From IMG/VR virus record IMGVR_UViG_3300045988_041336: a stretch of 46,117 bases of DNA. One strand, written 5' to 3'. The notes under the pieces were generated by a model. The model searched no databases and had not been told where the DNA came from. It was given only the letters and a program-made list of their open reading frames with translations. Positions 32,072 through 41,777 of this stretch are shown in pieces. This DNA comes from a virus. A program made the translations under genes and the position numbers. Position 1 is the first letter of the stretch; each line of letters begins with the position of its first letter.

Positions 32072-32092
32072 ATTGATGCACGTTTGCGTGCG

Positions 32093-32125
32093 CTGTTTTC
32101 GTTGAAAGTGTACGAAAACAGACGT
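32093..32125 (+). terminator. Hairpin downstream of terL
   Basis: ctgttttcg-11 nt-cgaaaacag, then acgtttt. Confidence 0.4.
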
Positions 32126-32250
32126 TTTCACGTGATTCTGTGCTATTATCTATGTAAAGAGTTCTGCTCCGGCCTTGGCACGGCCATGTTTCATTACTTT
32201 CCTCCTTGGCATCCGGCTCGTCCGGGTGTCAAGGCGAGAGCAGAACATAC

Positions 32251-32326
32251 GGGACATTAGCTCAGTTGGTAGAGCAGCGGACTGTTAATCCGCCTGTCGG
32301 AGGTTCAAGCCCTTCATGTCCCGCCA
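32251..32326 (+). tRNA. tRNA-Asn: tRNA-Asn (anticodon GTT), CCA encoded
   Basis: Manual cloverleaf: GGGACAT/ATGTCCC acceptor, GCTC..GAGC D arm, GCGGA-CTGTTAA-TCCGC anticodon arm, GGAGG-TTCAAGC-CCTTC T arm, G-CCA. Confidence 0.9.
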
Positions 32327-32564
32327 TACGGTGGATGAATCCGGGCGGCCCCGGAGCCTGCTTTGAACACAGTGCGCGGAGAGATCCGTTGAGTTCGACA
32401 CTTACGTCCACCGCCAGTTGCCGGGTCGCTCCCGGATGATGTGTGCGCGACTGTCGAGCCATACAGAGAATACCAACGCTTGCTGAAAACTACGCAGATA
32501 GCGGCAAACCTAGGATGCGCCGCAAAAATTCTGCGCGTGATAATCTAAGCAGGAAGGCAGTCAC

Positions 32565-32641
32565 GGGCCGTTATCTCAAATGGCTAGAGCGACCGGCTCA
32601 TAACCGGTAACATCTCGGTTCGAGTCCGAGACGGCCCACCA
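32565..32641 (+). tRNA. tRNA-Met: tRNA with CAT anticodon (Met, or Ile2 if lysidinylated), CCA encoded
   Basis: GGGCCGT/ACGGCCC acceptor, ACCGG-CTCATAA-CCGGT anticodon arm, CTCGG-TTCGAGT-CCGAG T arm, A-CCA. Confidence 0.85.
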
Positions 32642-32658
32642 ACGAAAAGGGGTATCCT

Positions 32659-34149
32659 ATGCAGTTTGGACGCACGAAAATCAAAACCGACGTTGAATAT
32701 GTAGACGAGAGCAATGTTTTGACAGTGCTGGAATCTGCAATGAACGACCATATCTCCAATTACGGGGATATCGAGTACCTGTACAGCTACTTCAAGGGGC
32801 AGCAGCCTGTTTTACAGAGGAAAAAGGAAATTCGTCCTGAAATCTGCAATAAGATCGTTGAGAATATCGCAAATGAGATTGTTTCATTCAAGACGGGATA
32901 TCTGCTCGGAGAGCCGATCCAGTATGTAAGCCGCTCCGACACGGACACAAGCAAAGAGGTCGGCGAGCTGAACGACATTATGGAGCTTTGCAGCAAGGCT
33001 TGCGTGGACAACGACATTGCGGAATGGCTCTACATTTGTGGTGTAGGCTACAGACTTGTGCTTCCGAACGACACTGCGATTCTCGGGAAAGCGGTTCCGG
33101 CCCTCTCTGTCGGCGAGAAGCCAGACCTCGGAGACGATACGCCCTTCACTGTCCACTGCCTAGACCCGCGCGGCGCATTTGTCGTGCATTACTCCGGGAT
33201 CGGGGAAAAGCCTGTTATGGGTGTAAAGTACGTCAAGAAAGACGATTTGACGGTCGTTTTCAGCGTTTGGACAGGTTCGGAGTATTTTGAGATCGAGAGC
33301 GACGGCGTAAACGGTACAGGCCGGATCGTGAAGCATGAGAAAAACACAGTCGGGTACATCCCAGTCGTGGAATATGTCCTGAATAACGCCAGACAGGGTG
33401 CGTTTGAGATCGTACTTCCACTTCTGGACGCGATCAACGACACGCAGAGCGATAGGCTTGACGGCGTAGACCAGTTCATTCAGTCGCTTATGGTGCTTTA
33501 TAATGCCGAGATCGACGAGGACAAGGCGAAAAACCTCCGGGATGCTGGACTTATCATCCTGAAATCCTTCGGAGAGAACAAGGCCGACATCAAAGTCCTT
33601 AACGAGCAGCTAAACCAGACGCAGACGCAGACGCTCATTGACGATCTGTACCAGAAGGTGCTTGAAATCGTCGGTATGCCGAACAGGAACGGCGGAACAA
33701 GCACAAGCGATACCGGAGCCGCGGTCATTGTCCGCGACGGATGGTCTACGGCAGAGGCAAGAGCGAAATCCGACGAGGCGAACTTCAAGCGTTCTGAAAG
33801 AGAGTTCCTGAAAATCGCGCTTTCCATTATCAAGCGTTCCGGCGGGCTTTCGCTCATGCTGAAAGACGTCGATATCAAGTTCACGCGGCACAATTACGAT
33901 AACATTCAGAGCAAGTCACAGGTGCTTGTTTCGATGCTCAATAATTCGCACATCCATCCTGCTCTTGCATTCGAGCATTGCGGCCTGTTCTCAGACCCGC
34001 AGTCGGCGTTCAATATGTCGGAAGCGTACCATCAGGAGCAGATGAAGAAGTGGGAGCCGGTAGAGGTGGGCAGCGATGAAAACGACGATCTACAGCAAAC
34101 TGGACAAGGAGCTTCCGGCAGTCAAGAACAATCTCAGGAGGGAGTTTAA
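32659..34149 (+). CDS. Portal protein (SPP1 gp6-like)
   Basis: 496 aa. First structural gene after terL. Acidic C-terminus. The family call rests on position, size and general resemblance. Confidence 0.8.
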   Translation: MQFGRTKIKTDVEYVDESNVLTVLESAMNDHISNYGDIEYLYSYFKGQQPVLQRKKEIRPEICNKIVENIANEIVSFKTGYLLGEPIQYVSRSDTDTSKEVGELNDIMELCSKACVDNDIAEWLYICGVGYRLVLPNDTAILGKAVPALSVGEKPDLGDDTPFTVHCLDPRGAFVVHYSGIGEKPVMGVKYVKKDDLTVVFSVWTGSEYFEIESDGVNGTGRIVKHEKNTVGYIPVVEYVLNNARQGAFEIVLPLLDAINDTQSDRLDGVDQFIQSLMVLYNAEIDEDKAKNLRDAGLIILKSFGENKADIKVLNEQLNQTQTQTLIDDLYQKVLEIVGMPNRNGGTSTSDTGAAVIVRDGWSTAEARAKSDEANFKRSEREFLKIALSIIKRSGGLSLMLKDVDIKFTRHNYDNIQSKSQVLVSMLNNSHIHPALAFEHCGLFSDPQSAFNMSEAYHQEQMKKWEPVEVGSDENDDLQQTGQGASGSQEQSQEGV

Positions 34150-34726
34150 TCGGCTATCTCTGATGGGATTCGACGAGCTGAACGTTTTGAACACGCGCAA
34201 AACCACGGCTCAGATGTACAAGCGGCTTTCGCAGCGGAACGAGCGGCTATATTTAGACGGAGGCTATTTTGCTTACCTGTTCGCTTTCGGTCAGGCGTCG
34301 CAGCTCGGATTCGCAGGGAAACGGCGAAAAATAGATGCGAAGTGGGTCGAAAGCTACTTGCAGGAATACAACCCGGTGACCCGCTACATCTACGAAAAGG
34401 AAGTTGAGCGGCGCAGGATGCGGCTCAACGAGTGCATTCTTACGGATAGGGAGTTCGACAGCCGCGAGAACTTTCAGACCGACATCCGTCGCTCCGCGAA
34501 CTATTGGTGGACGCAGACGCTTCAATACGGCATCGGCGCGTGTGACGCTGCAATGCTGGCTGCGTTCCGCGACTGCGGCGTAAAGCGTGTGCGCTGGGTG
34601 ACGATGGAGGATGATCGTGTTTGCGACGATTGCGGCAAACGGGACGGCGTTGTTTACGACATAGACAAGGTTCCGCCAAAAGAGCACTACGGATGCAGAT
34701 GCATCCTTGTACCTGTCAGGGGGTAA
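34076..34726 (+). CDS. Head morphogenesis protein (SPP1 gp7 / Mu F-like)
   Basis: The C-terminal VCDDCGKRDGVVYDIDKVPPKEHYGCRCILVP is the family hallmark. The start overlaps the portal gene by 74 nt, so the start is uncertain. Confidence 0.75.
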   Translation: MKTTIYSKLDKELPAVKNNLRREFNRLSLMGFDELNVLNTRKTTAQMYKRLSQRNERLYLDGGYFAYLFAFGQASQLGFAGKRRKIDAKWVESYLQEYNPVTRYIYEKEVERRRMRLNECILTDREFDSRENFQTDIRRSANYWWTQTLQYGIGACDAAMLAAFRDCGVKRVRWVTMEDDRVCDDCGKRDGVVYDIDKVPPKEHYGCRCILVPVRG

Positions 34727-34730
34727 TCCT

Positions 34731-34865
34731 ATGCTGGACGAAAAAGTCATAGCAGCCGTAGAGGCGATTTTGAAAAACGGCGGGATCGCCGAGATCAAGA
34801 ATGAAAAGGCCGGGATCGTCGTTGTGGACGTGTCCAGAAAGGTGAAATACCGGCCTGACAGATAA
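34731..34865 (+). CDS. Small hypothetical protein (44 aa)
   Basis: ATG 9 nt after GGGGG. MLDEKVIAAVEAILKNGGIAEIKNEKAGIVVVDVSRKVKYRPDR. Below the ORF-track size cut-off. Confidence 0.4.
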   Translation: MLDEKVIAAVEAILKNGGIAEIKNEKAGIVVVDVSRKVKYRPDR

Positions 34866-34913
34866 TTAAATATCGGCCCATCGGTAAGATGATGTCCGAT
34901 GGAAGCGGCAAGG

Positions 34914-34955
34914 CATGGCCGACGAGAGGGTTTTCCTTCTTGTCGGCCATTTTTT
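34914..34955 (+). terminator. Intrinsic terminator inside the structural operon
   Basis: ATGGCCGAC-18 nt-GTCGGCCAT followed by TTTTTTG. Confidence 0.65.
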
Positions 34956-35069
34956 GTTTATTCACAGATTTGTTCAGAGAAGAACTGAAAACCCAAACGC
35001 TGGGAGATCAGCGCAAAAAGCCCACTTTACACAGGCAGAGAAGCCTTAAATCCCAAAGGAGAATGAATT

Positions 35070-35633
35070 ATGAAAATCGACACCAGCAAAATCCCTAATT
35101 TCGACGCACTCCCGCAGGAGGCCAGAGAGGCAATTACCGGCATGGAATTTGCCGACCCTGTTGATATGTCGAAGTACGTCGAAAAGGCCGTGTTCGACCG
35201 CAAGGCGTCCGAGGCGGCAGACCTGTCCAAGCAGCTCAAATCGAAAATGACAGAGGACGAGGCGGCGGCAGCAGAGCGGACGGCAAACGAAAAGAAGATC
35301 ATGGAAGAGCTTGAAAAACTCAGAAAAGAGAAGGTCGTTTCCGAGTACAAGGCGAAGTTCCTCGGGCTTGGCTATGCGGAGCAGCTTGCCACAGATACGG
35401 CGGTGGCCCTTGCTGACGGCAAGATGGACGTTGTTTTCGCCAACCAGCAGAAGCACAACGAGGCACTGAAAGCCGCAGCGGATGCGGGGAATCTCGCAAA
35501 GGGCCAGAAGCCGCCCGCAGGGAAGGATGCCGGTGTCACACTGGACAGCCTGCGCAAGATGAGCGTGGCTGAACGCTTCGAGTTCTCTCAGAAGAACCCA
35601 GAGCAGTACGAAAAATTATACGGAGGTAACTAA
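35070..35633 (+). CDS. Scaffolding protein
   Basis: RBS AAAGGAG. Ala/Glu/Lys-rich helical 187 aa, immediately upstream of the capsid gene. Confidence 0.75.
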   Translation: MKIDTSKIPNFDALPQEAREAITGMEFADPVDMSKYVEKAVFDRKASEAADLSKQLKSKMTEDEAAAAERTANEKKIMEELEKLRKEKVVSEYKAKFLGLGYAEQLATDTAVALADGKMDVVFANQQKHNEALKAAADAGNLAKGQKPPAGKDAGVTLDSLRKMSVAERFEFSQKNPEQYEKLYGGN

Positions 35634-35636
35634 TTT

Positions 35637-36569
35637 ATGAACAAACCCTATAGCAATTTCTTCCTCTCGAATGAGATCGAAGATCAGTACAATTCCCACC
35701 TTGACCTCCAGCAGTTCTGCACGGTTGACAACAACCTGACAGGAACTGCCGGTATGACCAGAAAGGTCAATCGTTATTCTGCGACCGCCGGTACGGAAAA
35801 GCTTGCAAAGGGTGTCGGCAACACTCAGACCATCGAGGTCAGCTATGTGCCGGATGAATACAAGATCCTTCTTGCGCAGAATCGCTTCAAGTATCTCGAC
35901 GAGGACGCGATGGAAGACCCCATGATCGTCCCCGTCGGTATGCGCCGCGCCGGTTCCGATATGTTCAACACTGTAAACAAGGACGTTTACGGAGAGTTCG
36001 CAAAGGCAACTATGGTCGTCCTTGCCACCAAACTGAACTTTGATGCATTTGCAGACGCACAGGCAATGCTCAACCTTGAAAACCTTGAGGGCGCGAGCAT
36101 TTTTGCATTCGTCAGCCCGGCCGATGTTGCAGAACTCCGGAAGGAACTCAAGGATACGCTCCAGTACGTGGAGTCGTTTGCAAGAAACGGCTATGTCGGT
36201 ACGGTTGCAGGCGTGAACGTTTACACCAAGAAGGACGCAACGTCCGGCTCTGTCTATGTGGCGACCAAGGAAGCCGTAACTCTCTTCAACAAGAAGGGCG
36301 TCGAGGTCGAGCAGAACATCGCGAACAATCGCTCCGAGGACGCGGCGAACAAGCGCGAGAACTACATCGTCTCCCGCAAGTACTACCTTGCAGCGCTGAC
36401 GGACGAGACCAAGGACGTCAAGGTATTCAAGGGCACCGCAACCGCAGCAACGGAGGAAACCGTGAACGCCAGCAAGACTTACTACGCGAAGTCTGGCGTT
36501 GGCTATGTAAAGGTCACGCCCGCATCCGGCGACAACCCTAAGACCAAGGGCTGGTTTACCATCGCCTGA
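35637..36569 (+). CDS. Major capsid protein
   Basis: RBS GGAGG. 310 aa. Position after the scaffold gene; composition typical of a major capsid protein. Confidence 0.8.
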   Translation: MNKPYSNFFLSNEIEDQYNSHLDLQQFCTVDNNLTGTAGMTRKVNRYSATAGTEKLAKGVGNTQTIEVSYVPDEYKILLAQNRFKYLDEDAMEDPMIVPVGMRRAGSDMFNTVNKDVYGEFAKATMVVLATKLNFDAFADAQAMLNLENLEGASIFAFVSPADVAELRKELKDTLQYVESFARNGYVGTVAGVNVYTKKDATSGSVYVATKEAVTLFNKKGVEVEQNIANNRSEDAANKRENYIVSRKYYLAALTDETKDVKVFKGTATAATEETVNASKTYYAKSGVGYVKVTPASGDNPKTKGWFTIA

Positions 36570-36587
36570 TAACAGGAGGTACGCATC

Positions 36588-36887
36588 GTGACATTTGATG
36601 AAAAAATCAGGAGAGTGGAGCTTCTTCTCGGAGAGAGCGGGAACGAAGAGCTGATCGGTGCGTACCTTTCCATGGCTGAAAGCGAGATACTGTCATGGTC
36701 TGGGGCTGAATCCATTTCTCCCGATTACGATACAGTCGAGATCATGGCGGTCATTGCCGGGTACAACCTGATCGGTACGGAAAACCAGACTTCCCACAGT
36801 GAAAACGGCATTTCCAGAGTGTTCAAGTACTCCGATATGGTTTCTTACATACGGAACAACGTATGCGCAAAGGTGGTGGCGTATTGA
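36588..36887 (+). CDS. Head-tail connector (gp6-like) protein
   Basis: GTG after CAGGAGG. 99 aa. First gene after the capsid gene. Confidence 0.6.
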   Translation: MTFDEKIRRVELLLGESGNEELIGAYLSMAESEILSWSGAESISPDYDTVEIMAVIAGYNLIGTENQTSHSENGISRVFKYSDMVSYIRNNVCAKVVAY

Positions 36888-37261
36888 GATCGCTCCGACG
36901 CAATGAAAAACGGTTTTGGTACGCCAACTATACCGGGAACGAGAAAATCCTTTCCGACGGGAAGCGGACGGGCCAGTACAAGGTAAAGTACGGAAATCCC
37001 ATCGAGGCCAGAGCGAATGTATCTGCCGCGCGTGGTTCCTTGGACGATGAACACTTCGGGATCAATGCCGACTACGACAGGACGATAACGACCTGTGACA
37101 AGAATTTAGATATGGACGAGTCTTCGGTTCTCTGGATCGAGAAAGCTCCGGAGATCGCCGCTGGCGGTTCCACGGCTACCCCGTGGGACTACGTTGTCGT
37201 AAAGGTGGCGAAGTCAATCAACAGCACGACGGTTGCGATTAAGAAGGTGTCCGTGTCGTGA
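36884..37261 (+). CDS. Head closure / head-tail adaptor protein
   Basis: The TTG overlaps the upstream stop (TTGA). 125 aa. Called on synteny. Confidence 0.5.
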   Translation: MRSLRRNEKRFWYANYTGNEKILSDGKRTGQYKVKYGNPIEARANVSAARGSLDDEHFGINADYDRTITTCDKNLDMDESSVLWIEKAPEIAAGGSTATPWDYVVVKVAKSINSTTVAIKKVSVS

Positions 37262-37746
37262 AGAAGATCACGATAGAGCTGAATCCCACGTCTATCAATA
37301 AGGCCATCAAGGATATCCGGAAACTTAATGCTGAGTGGGACAGAAAAATCGATGAAGTGACACGGAGACTAGCCGAAATTGGAGCCACAAAAGCCTCCCT
37401 CGGATTTTCAAGGGCGGTCTACACGGGAGACAATGACGTTTCTATCTCTGTAGAGCCTATAGAGAATGGCTATTCCATCATTGCATCCGGCGAGGCAGTC
37501 TTGTTCATCGAATTCGGCTCCGGCGTCACATACGGATACGGGCATCCTGCCCCGATGGACTACGGGCCCGGAACATATCCGGGCAAAGGCCATTGGGACG
37601 ACCCCAAGGGATGGTGGCTGCCGAAGGACAAGGGCGGCTTGCATACATACGGCAACCCGCCGTCCGCGACGATGTACCAGACGGGGAAAGAACTACAGCA
37701 GGAGATTTTGCGGATAGCGCGGGAGGTGTTCACAGGTGGTTCCTGA
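37258..37746 (+). CDS. Neck/tail-completion protein (HK97 gp10-like)
   Basis: The GTG overlaps the upstream stop. 162 aa. Called on synteny. Confidence 0.5.
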   Translation: MKKITIELNPTSINKAIKDIRKLNAEWDRKIDEVTRRLAEIGATKASLGFSRAVYTGDNDVSISVEPIENGYSIIASGEAVLFIEFGSGVTYGYGHPAPMDYGPGTYPGKGHWDDPKGWWLPKDKGGLHTYGNPPSATMYQTGKELQQEILRIAREVFTGGS

Positions 37747-38143
37747 TATTGAGACAGATGTGTTCGATGCGGTTGCAACGACGCTGGAAGCGAAATACGG
37801 GGACATTTTTGTGACTGGCGAGTATGTACACGCTCCTGAGTTTTTCCCGGCTGTCAGCATTATCGAAGAGGACAACGCAGCGTACCTTCCGGCGCTTGAT
37901 ACGGAAGGTTCACACCACTCTCAGCTCATGTATGAGGTCAACGTATACAGCAACCTTAAAAGTGGGCGCAAAGCACAGGCAAAAGAGATCATGCAGACGA
38001 TTGACGAAAAAATGTCAGCGTTGGGTTTTGCCAGACTGAGCAGGCAGCCCATGACATTGCCGAACGCGGAAACATCCATCTACCGGATGAACGCACGGTA
38101 TCGGACAGTCGTTGACGAAAATAAACGACTTCTAAGGAGGTAG
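37736..38143 (+). CDS. Tail terminator-like protein
   Basis: GTG start. 135 aa. Directly upstream of the major tail gene. Confidence 0.5.
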   Translation: MVPDIETDVFDAVATTLEAKYGDIFVTGEYVHAPEFFPAVSIIEEDNAAYLPALDTEGSHHSQLMYEVNVYSNLKSGRKAQAKEIMQTIDEKMSALGFARLSRQPMTLPNAETSIYRMNARYRTVVDENKRLLRR

Positions 38144-38147
38144 CCAA

Positions 38148-38624
38148 ATGGCAATTGAACTCAGCACGGCAGGCATTCTGCTTGGCTATGCTATCGAAAC
38201 AGTCGCGGGAACGCAGCCGTCGGCTTTCACGCAGATCAAGGGCGCAAAGAGCCTCCCGGACATGAATCCGGAGCCGTCCACGCTGGAAACGACGCCGCTC
38301 GAAGCGACGGAATGGAAAACCTACATCGACGGTCTGAAAGACCCCGGCGGGGCGCTGGCTGTGACCTTCAATATGTCCAACGATCTGCAAACGACTTGGG
38401 ATGATATTGTTGACAAGTACAAGACCGCAGCGGAAGCCGGAAAGAAAACGTGGTGGGAATTCTACGTTCCCGGCCTGACCAAGGCGTTTTTCTTCACGGG
38501 TAACCCGTCTCCGCTTGGCTTTGCTGGCGCGGAGGTGGACAGTGTTCTTGAGAACACGGCATATATCACCCCGAACGGAAACATTGGCTGGAACACGGCA
38601 GTAAAACCGACGGCAAGTGCCTAA
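38148..38624 (+). CDS. Major tail protein
   Basis: RBS AAGGAGG. 158 aa. Precedes the chaperone frameshift pair and the tape measure gene. Confidence 0.75.
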   Translation: MAIELSTAGILLGYAIETVAGTQPSAFTQIKGAKSLPDMNPEPSTLETTPLEATEWKTYIDGLKDPGGALAVTFNMSNDLQTTWDDIVDKYKTAAEAGKKTWWEFYVPGLTKAFFFTGNPSPLGFAGAEVDSVLENTAYITPNGNIGWNTAVKPTASA

Positions 38625-38642
38625 TTTCATGGAGGAATGTGT

Positions 38643-38969
38643 ATGCAGGAGAGAATCGTAATTAACGGGAAGGGGTATCCGACAAAGGAGATCACCTTCA
38701 ACACGGTCTGTCAGTTCGAGGATATGGGCGTGCCCATGTCCGATATCGAAGCGAAGTCCATCATGTTTATCCGCGCTTACGCGGCTATGTGCATGGGCGT
38801 CAAGGCGGATCAGGCAGGAGAAGAGATCGAGAAGCACATTTTGAACGGCGGTACGATGGAGGAGCTTGCAGATGTTCTCCGTCAGGCCGTCGAAGAAAGC
38901 GGTTTTTTTCAGGCTCTGTCCAAGAGAGCGGAAACGGCGGACAGCAAGGGCCAGACGGAAACTGCGTAA
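38643..38969 (+). CDS. Tail assembly chaperone (G-like, zero-frame product)
   Basis: ATG 8 nt after GGAGG. 108 aa, acidic. Contains the slippery run. Confidence 0.75.
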   Translation: MQERIVINGKGYPTKEITFNTVCQFEDMGVPMSDIEAKSIMFIRAYAAMCMGVKADQAGEEIEKHILNGGTMEELADVLRQAVEESGFFQALSKRAETADSKGQTETA

Positions 38970-39367
38970 AAAAGCACTACGCATCCTTTCGTGAGGAATG
39001 CATTGAGACGTATCTTCCGCAATGTCTCATGATCGGAATCAGCGAGGCGGGATTCTGGAATATGAATCCCGCCAAGATGAAGCCTTATATTGAAGCAGAC
39101 AGATTACGTCTTGAGAGCAAGAATTATGAATTGTGGCTCCAAGGCGTTTATTTTTTTGATGCTATTTCTATCGCACTGTCCAACGCCTTTGCCGGGAAAG
39201 GCAAAAAGCCTATCGAGTATCCGAGCAAACCCCGGAAGATCACACCGGACACGCCGGAAGAACGGGCGGCACGGGTAAAGCGTGAGAGAGAAAGGGCAAT
39301 CGCATTCTTCAAGAATATGGAGCGGAATTTCAAAAAGAAAAGTGGTGATATGAGTGGCGACAGTTGA
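38643..39367 (+). CDS. Tail assembly chaperone G-T-like fusion via -1 programmed frameshift
   Basis: The -1 frame is open from 38789 to 39367. Slipping at T TTT TTT gives ...[15 protein letters not shown]...VKKHYASF... ending just inside the tape measure gene. Confidence 0.7.
38903..38909 (+). promoter_or_regulatory. Slippery heptamer T TTT TTT (-1 frameshift site)
   Basis: Zero-frame reading is GGT TTT TTT CAG, which fits the X XXY YYZ pattern. Confidence 0.7.
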
Positions 39368-41768
39368 AACACTGGAAATTGAGATTAAAAAAAGCGCTTC
39401 GGACGCCTCGAGCGGAATAGAGGGACTTGTTTCGGCGCTGACGCAGTTGAAGCAATCTGTTTCAGGTGGCGCGGGATTAAAGGCTGCTGTCAACCAGATA
39501 AAGAGTTTGGGTACGGCGATAAATAATGTCACGGGCGCGAATGACGGCCTTTCAACGACATTACAGACGCTACAGGGCATTGCGGATATCGACTTCTCAA
39601 ACCTCAGAGAGGCGGCAAAGAACGTGAACGCCGTGGCGGGTGCGGCGAATGCGCCGAGGAATGCCGGGACTCCGGCTAACACAACGCCAAGTGCGGCGCA
39701 GGCGCCGAACGGAAACGCCGAGCCACAAGACATTCCGCAGCAGACGCAGGAACTGCAAGAGCGGACAAACGCCGTGAAGGCATCTGGAAAGGCTGCCAGC
39801 AGTGCAGGAGAATCCGTGAAAAAGGCATCCTCGGCTTTCGGCTCCTTGTCCGATGCAATTTCAAAAACAAAAATAGGACAGTTTGTAAATTCGATAGGGC
39901 GCATAGCGATGTATCGCGCGATCCGGGCGGCCATCAAGGGCGTAACGTCTGCGGCAAAGGAGGGCATTCAGAATCTTGCGAAATACAGCGCGGCGATAAA
40001 CAACACAGACGCATCCTCGGCGAATGCCACCATGTCAGAGTATGCATCAACATTGCTACAGGTGAAAAACTCGGTCGGCGCGGCCATCATGCCCGTGCTT
40101 ACTGCGCTCTTGCCTGTTGTCAACACGATAGCTGATGCGTTCATCAATGCGGCAAACGCGGTCAATCAGTTCCTCCAAGCATTGAACGGGAAGAGCACAT
40201 TCACCAAAGCGAAGAAAAACACGGTCGACTATGCGAAGAGCCTGAAAGGCGCGTCCGGAGCGGCAAAGGAGCTGCAAAAGACGCTGCTCGGTTTTGACGA
40301 GATCAACCGCCTGAACGATGAAAATAAGGGTGGAGGCGGCGGAGCCGCTGGCGCGGACTACTCGAATATGTTCGAGGAAGCAGAAGTTGGAGGCAAGATA
40401 AAGAAAACGGCGACTTGGATAAAAGACCATTTCGACGAGATCCTGTCAGTTGCAGAGAGCATTGGCGTTGCGATTGCTGCATGGAAGCTTTCAAGTGCGC
40501 TGCTAAAAGGAATTTCACTGCTTTCCGGCCTTGAGATCCCTAAAAACATCAGCGTTGGTATTTCACTTATATTTGCCGGTGTTGCAGTGGCGGCAGACAA
40601 TATTGCAAACATTCTATCAGGCAAATATGGAGCCACAAGCGTTGAATCGCTGATAAAGGAAATGATTTCCGGCGCTCTGATCGGAGCTGGCGCGGTCGCG
40701 CTTGGCGCTGGGGCATGGGCGTTCCCGGTGGCTATCGCCCTTGTAATGTCCATAACGGATATCATTACGAACTGGGACGAATTGAGCAGCTCCGTTGAGC
40801 ATTTCTGGGATGGCGTAGGAGACCTATTCACTGGCAACATGGACGGGTTTTGGGAAAATATCACAAAGTCGATGGAAGACTATCTTAGCGCAGATACCTG
40901 GGGGAACAAACTGACGAACGTCATCGTTGATCGCATTTGGGGCAAGGGGACGTTCGAGCAGGCAAAGAAGAATCTTGAAAATGGCCTTTCTCTAAGGGAT
41001 GTCACAGACCAGATGCTGACAGACATAGAAACAGCGCTCGGGGGAGTCGGCGCATGGTTTGACGAGAATGTTGCGGCACCAATCAAAGTAGCATGGGAAG
41101 GAGCGGCGTCTTTGCTCGCGTTGAAAGCAACGACGGCCTATACAAATGTTACGGAGAAGTGGAGAAGCCTGAAAACATGGTTTGAGAACAATGTGTCTAC
41201 GCCCATTAAAACAACATGGAATACGGCCTGCACGACGATCACAACCAAAGTTCAGACCGCGAAGGACAAGATCACAGGGATGTTCGGGAACGTTGGAAAG
41301 TGGTTTGAGGACAACATCACGTCTCCAATCTCCACGAAGATCACCGGTGCGTGGGACAAGGTCAAAAACTTTTGGAGCAACACTATAACGCCCAGCATCC
41401 AGAACGCAGCGGCGACCGTAAGCAACTTATTCAGCGGAGGCGTCAGCGGGAATCTTTTTTCAAACATTTTCAAGAAGAATGGGAACAAGGTCAGGGCTTA
41501 CGCTTCCGGCGGCTTTGTTAGCTCCGGCGATCTCTTCATGGCGAGAGAGGCAGGGCCTGAATTCGTCGGCTCTATCGGCGGACGGACGGCTGTAGCGAAT
41601 AATGACCAGATCGTTGAGGCAGTGTCCGACGGCGTGTACCGCGCGATGGCTCCGCTTGTGTCCGGAATTGGTAAGAGCGATACGCGCGTTTATCTCGACG
41701 GCAGAGAGATCACGGCAGGACAGAATCGGAGAAACCGTATGTACGGTGCGGCGCTGTCCGGCGTGTAA
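39354..41768 (+). CDS. Tape measure protein
   Basis: GTG start. 804 aa. Ala/Gly/Ser-rich helical protein with central hydrophobic segments. Follows the chaperone pair. Confidence 0.85.
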   Translation: MATVETLEIEIKKSASDASSGIEGLVSALTQLKQSVSGGAGLKAAVNQIKSLGTAINNVTGANDGLSTTLQTLQGIADIDFSNLREAAKNVNAVAGAANAPRNAGTPANTTPSAAQAPNGNAEPQDIPQQTQELQERTNAVKASGKAASSAGESVKKASSAFGSLSDAISKTKIGQFVNSIGRIAMYRAIRAAIKGVTSAAKEGIQNLAKYSAAINNTDASSANATMSEYASTLLQVKNSVGAAIMPVLTALLPVVNTIADAFINAANAVNQFLQALNGKSTFTKAKKNTVDYAKSLKGASGAAKELQKTLLGFDEINRLNDENKGGGGGAAGADYSNMFEEAEVGGKIKKTATWIKDHFDEILSVAESIGVAIAAWKLSSALLKGISLLSGLEIPKNISVGISLIFAGVAVAADNIANILSGKYGATSVESLIKEMISGALIGAGAVALGAGAWAFPVAIALVMSITDIITNWDELSSSVEHFWDGVGDLFTGNMDGFWENITKSMEDYLSADTWGNKLTNVIVDRIWGKGTFEQAKKNLENGLSLRDVTDQMLTDIETALGGVGAWFDENVAAPIKVAWEGAASLLALKATTAYTNVTEKWRSLKTWFENNVSTPIKTTWNTACTTITTKVQTAKDKITGMFGNVGKWFEDNITSPISTKITGAWDKVKNFWSNTITPSIQNAAATVSNLFSGGVSGNLFSNIFKKNGNKVRAYASGGFVSSGDLFMAREAGPEFVGSIGGRTAVANNDQIVEAVSDGVYRAMAPLVSGIGKSDTRVYLDGREITAGQNRRNRMYGAALSGV

Positions 41769-41777
41769 GGAGGCGCT

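Noticed and set aside
32161-32245. 85-nt stem-closed element upstream of tRNA-Asn, tested as a third tRNA
   Set aside because: It cannot be folded into a cloverleaf: no anticodon arm or T-loop consensus, and no CCA. It is kept only as an unexplained structured leader.
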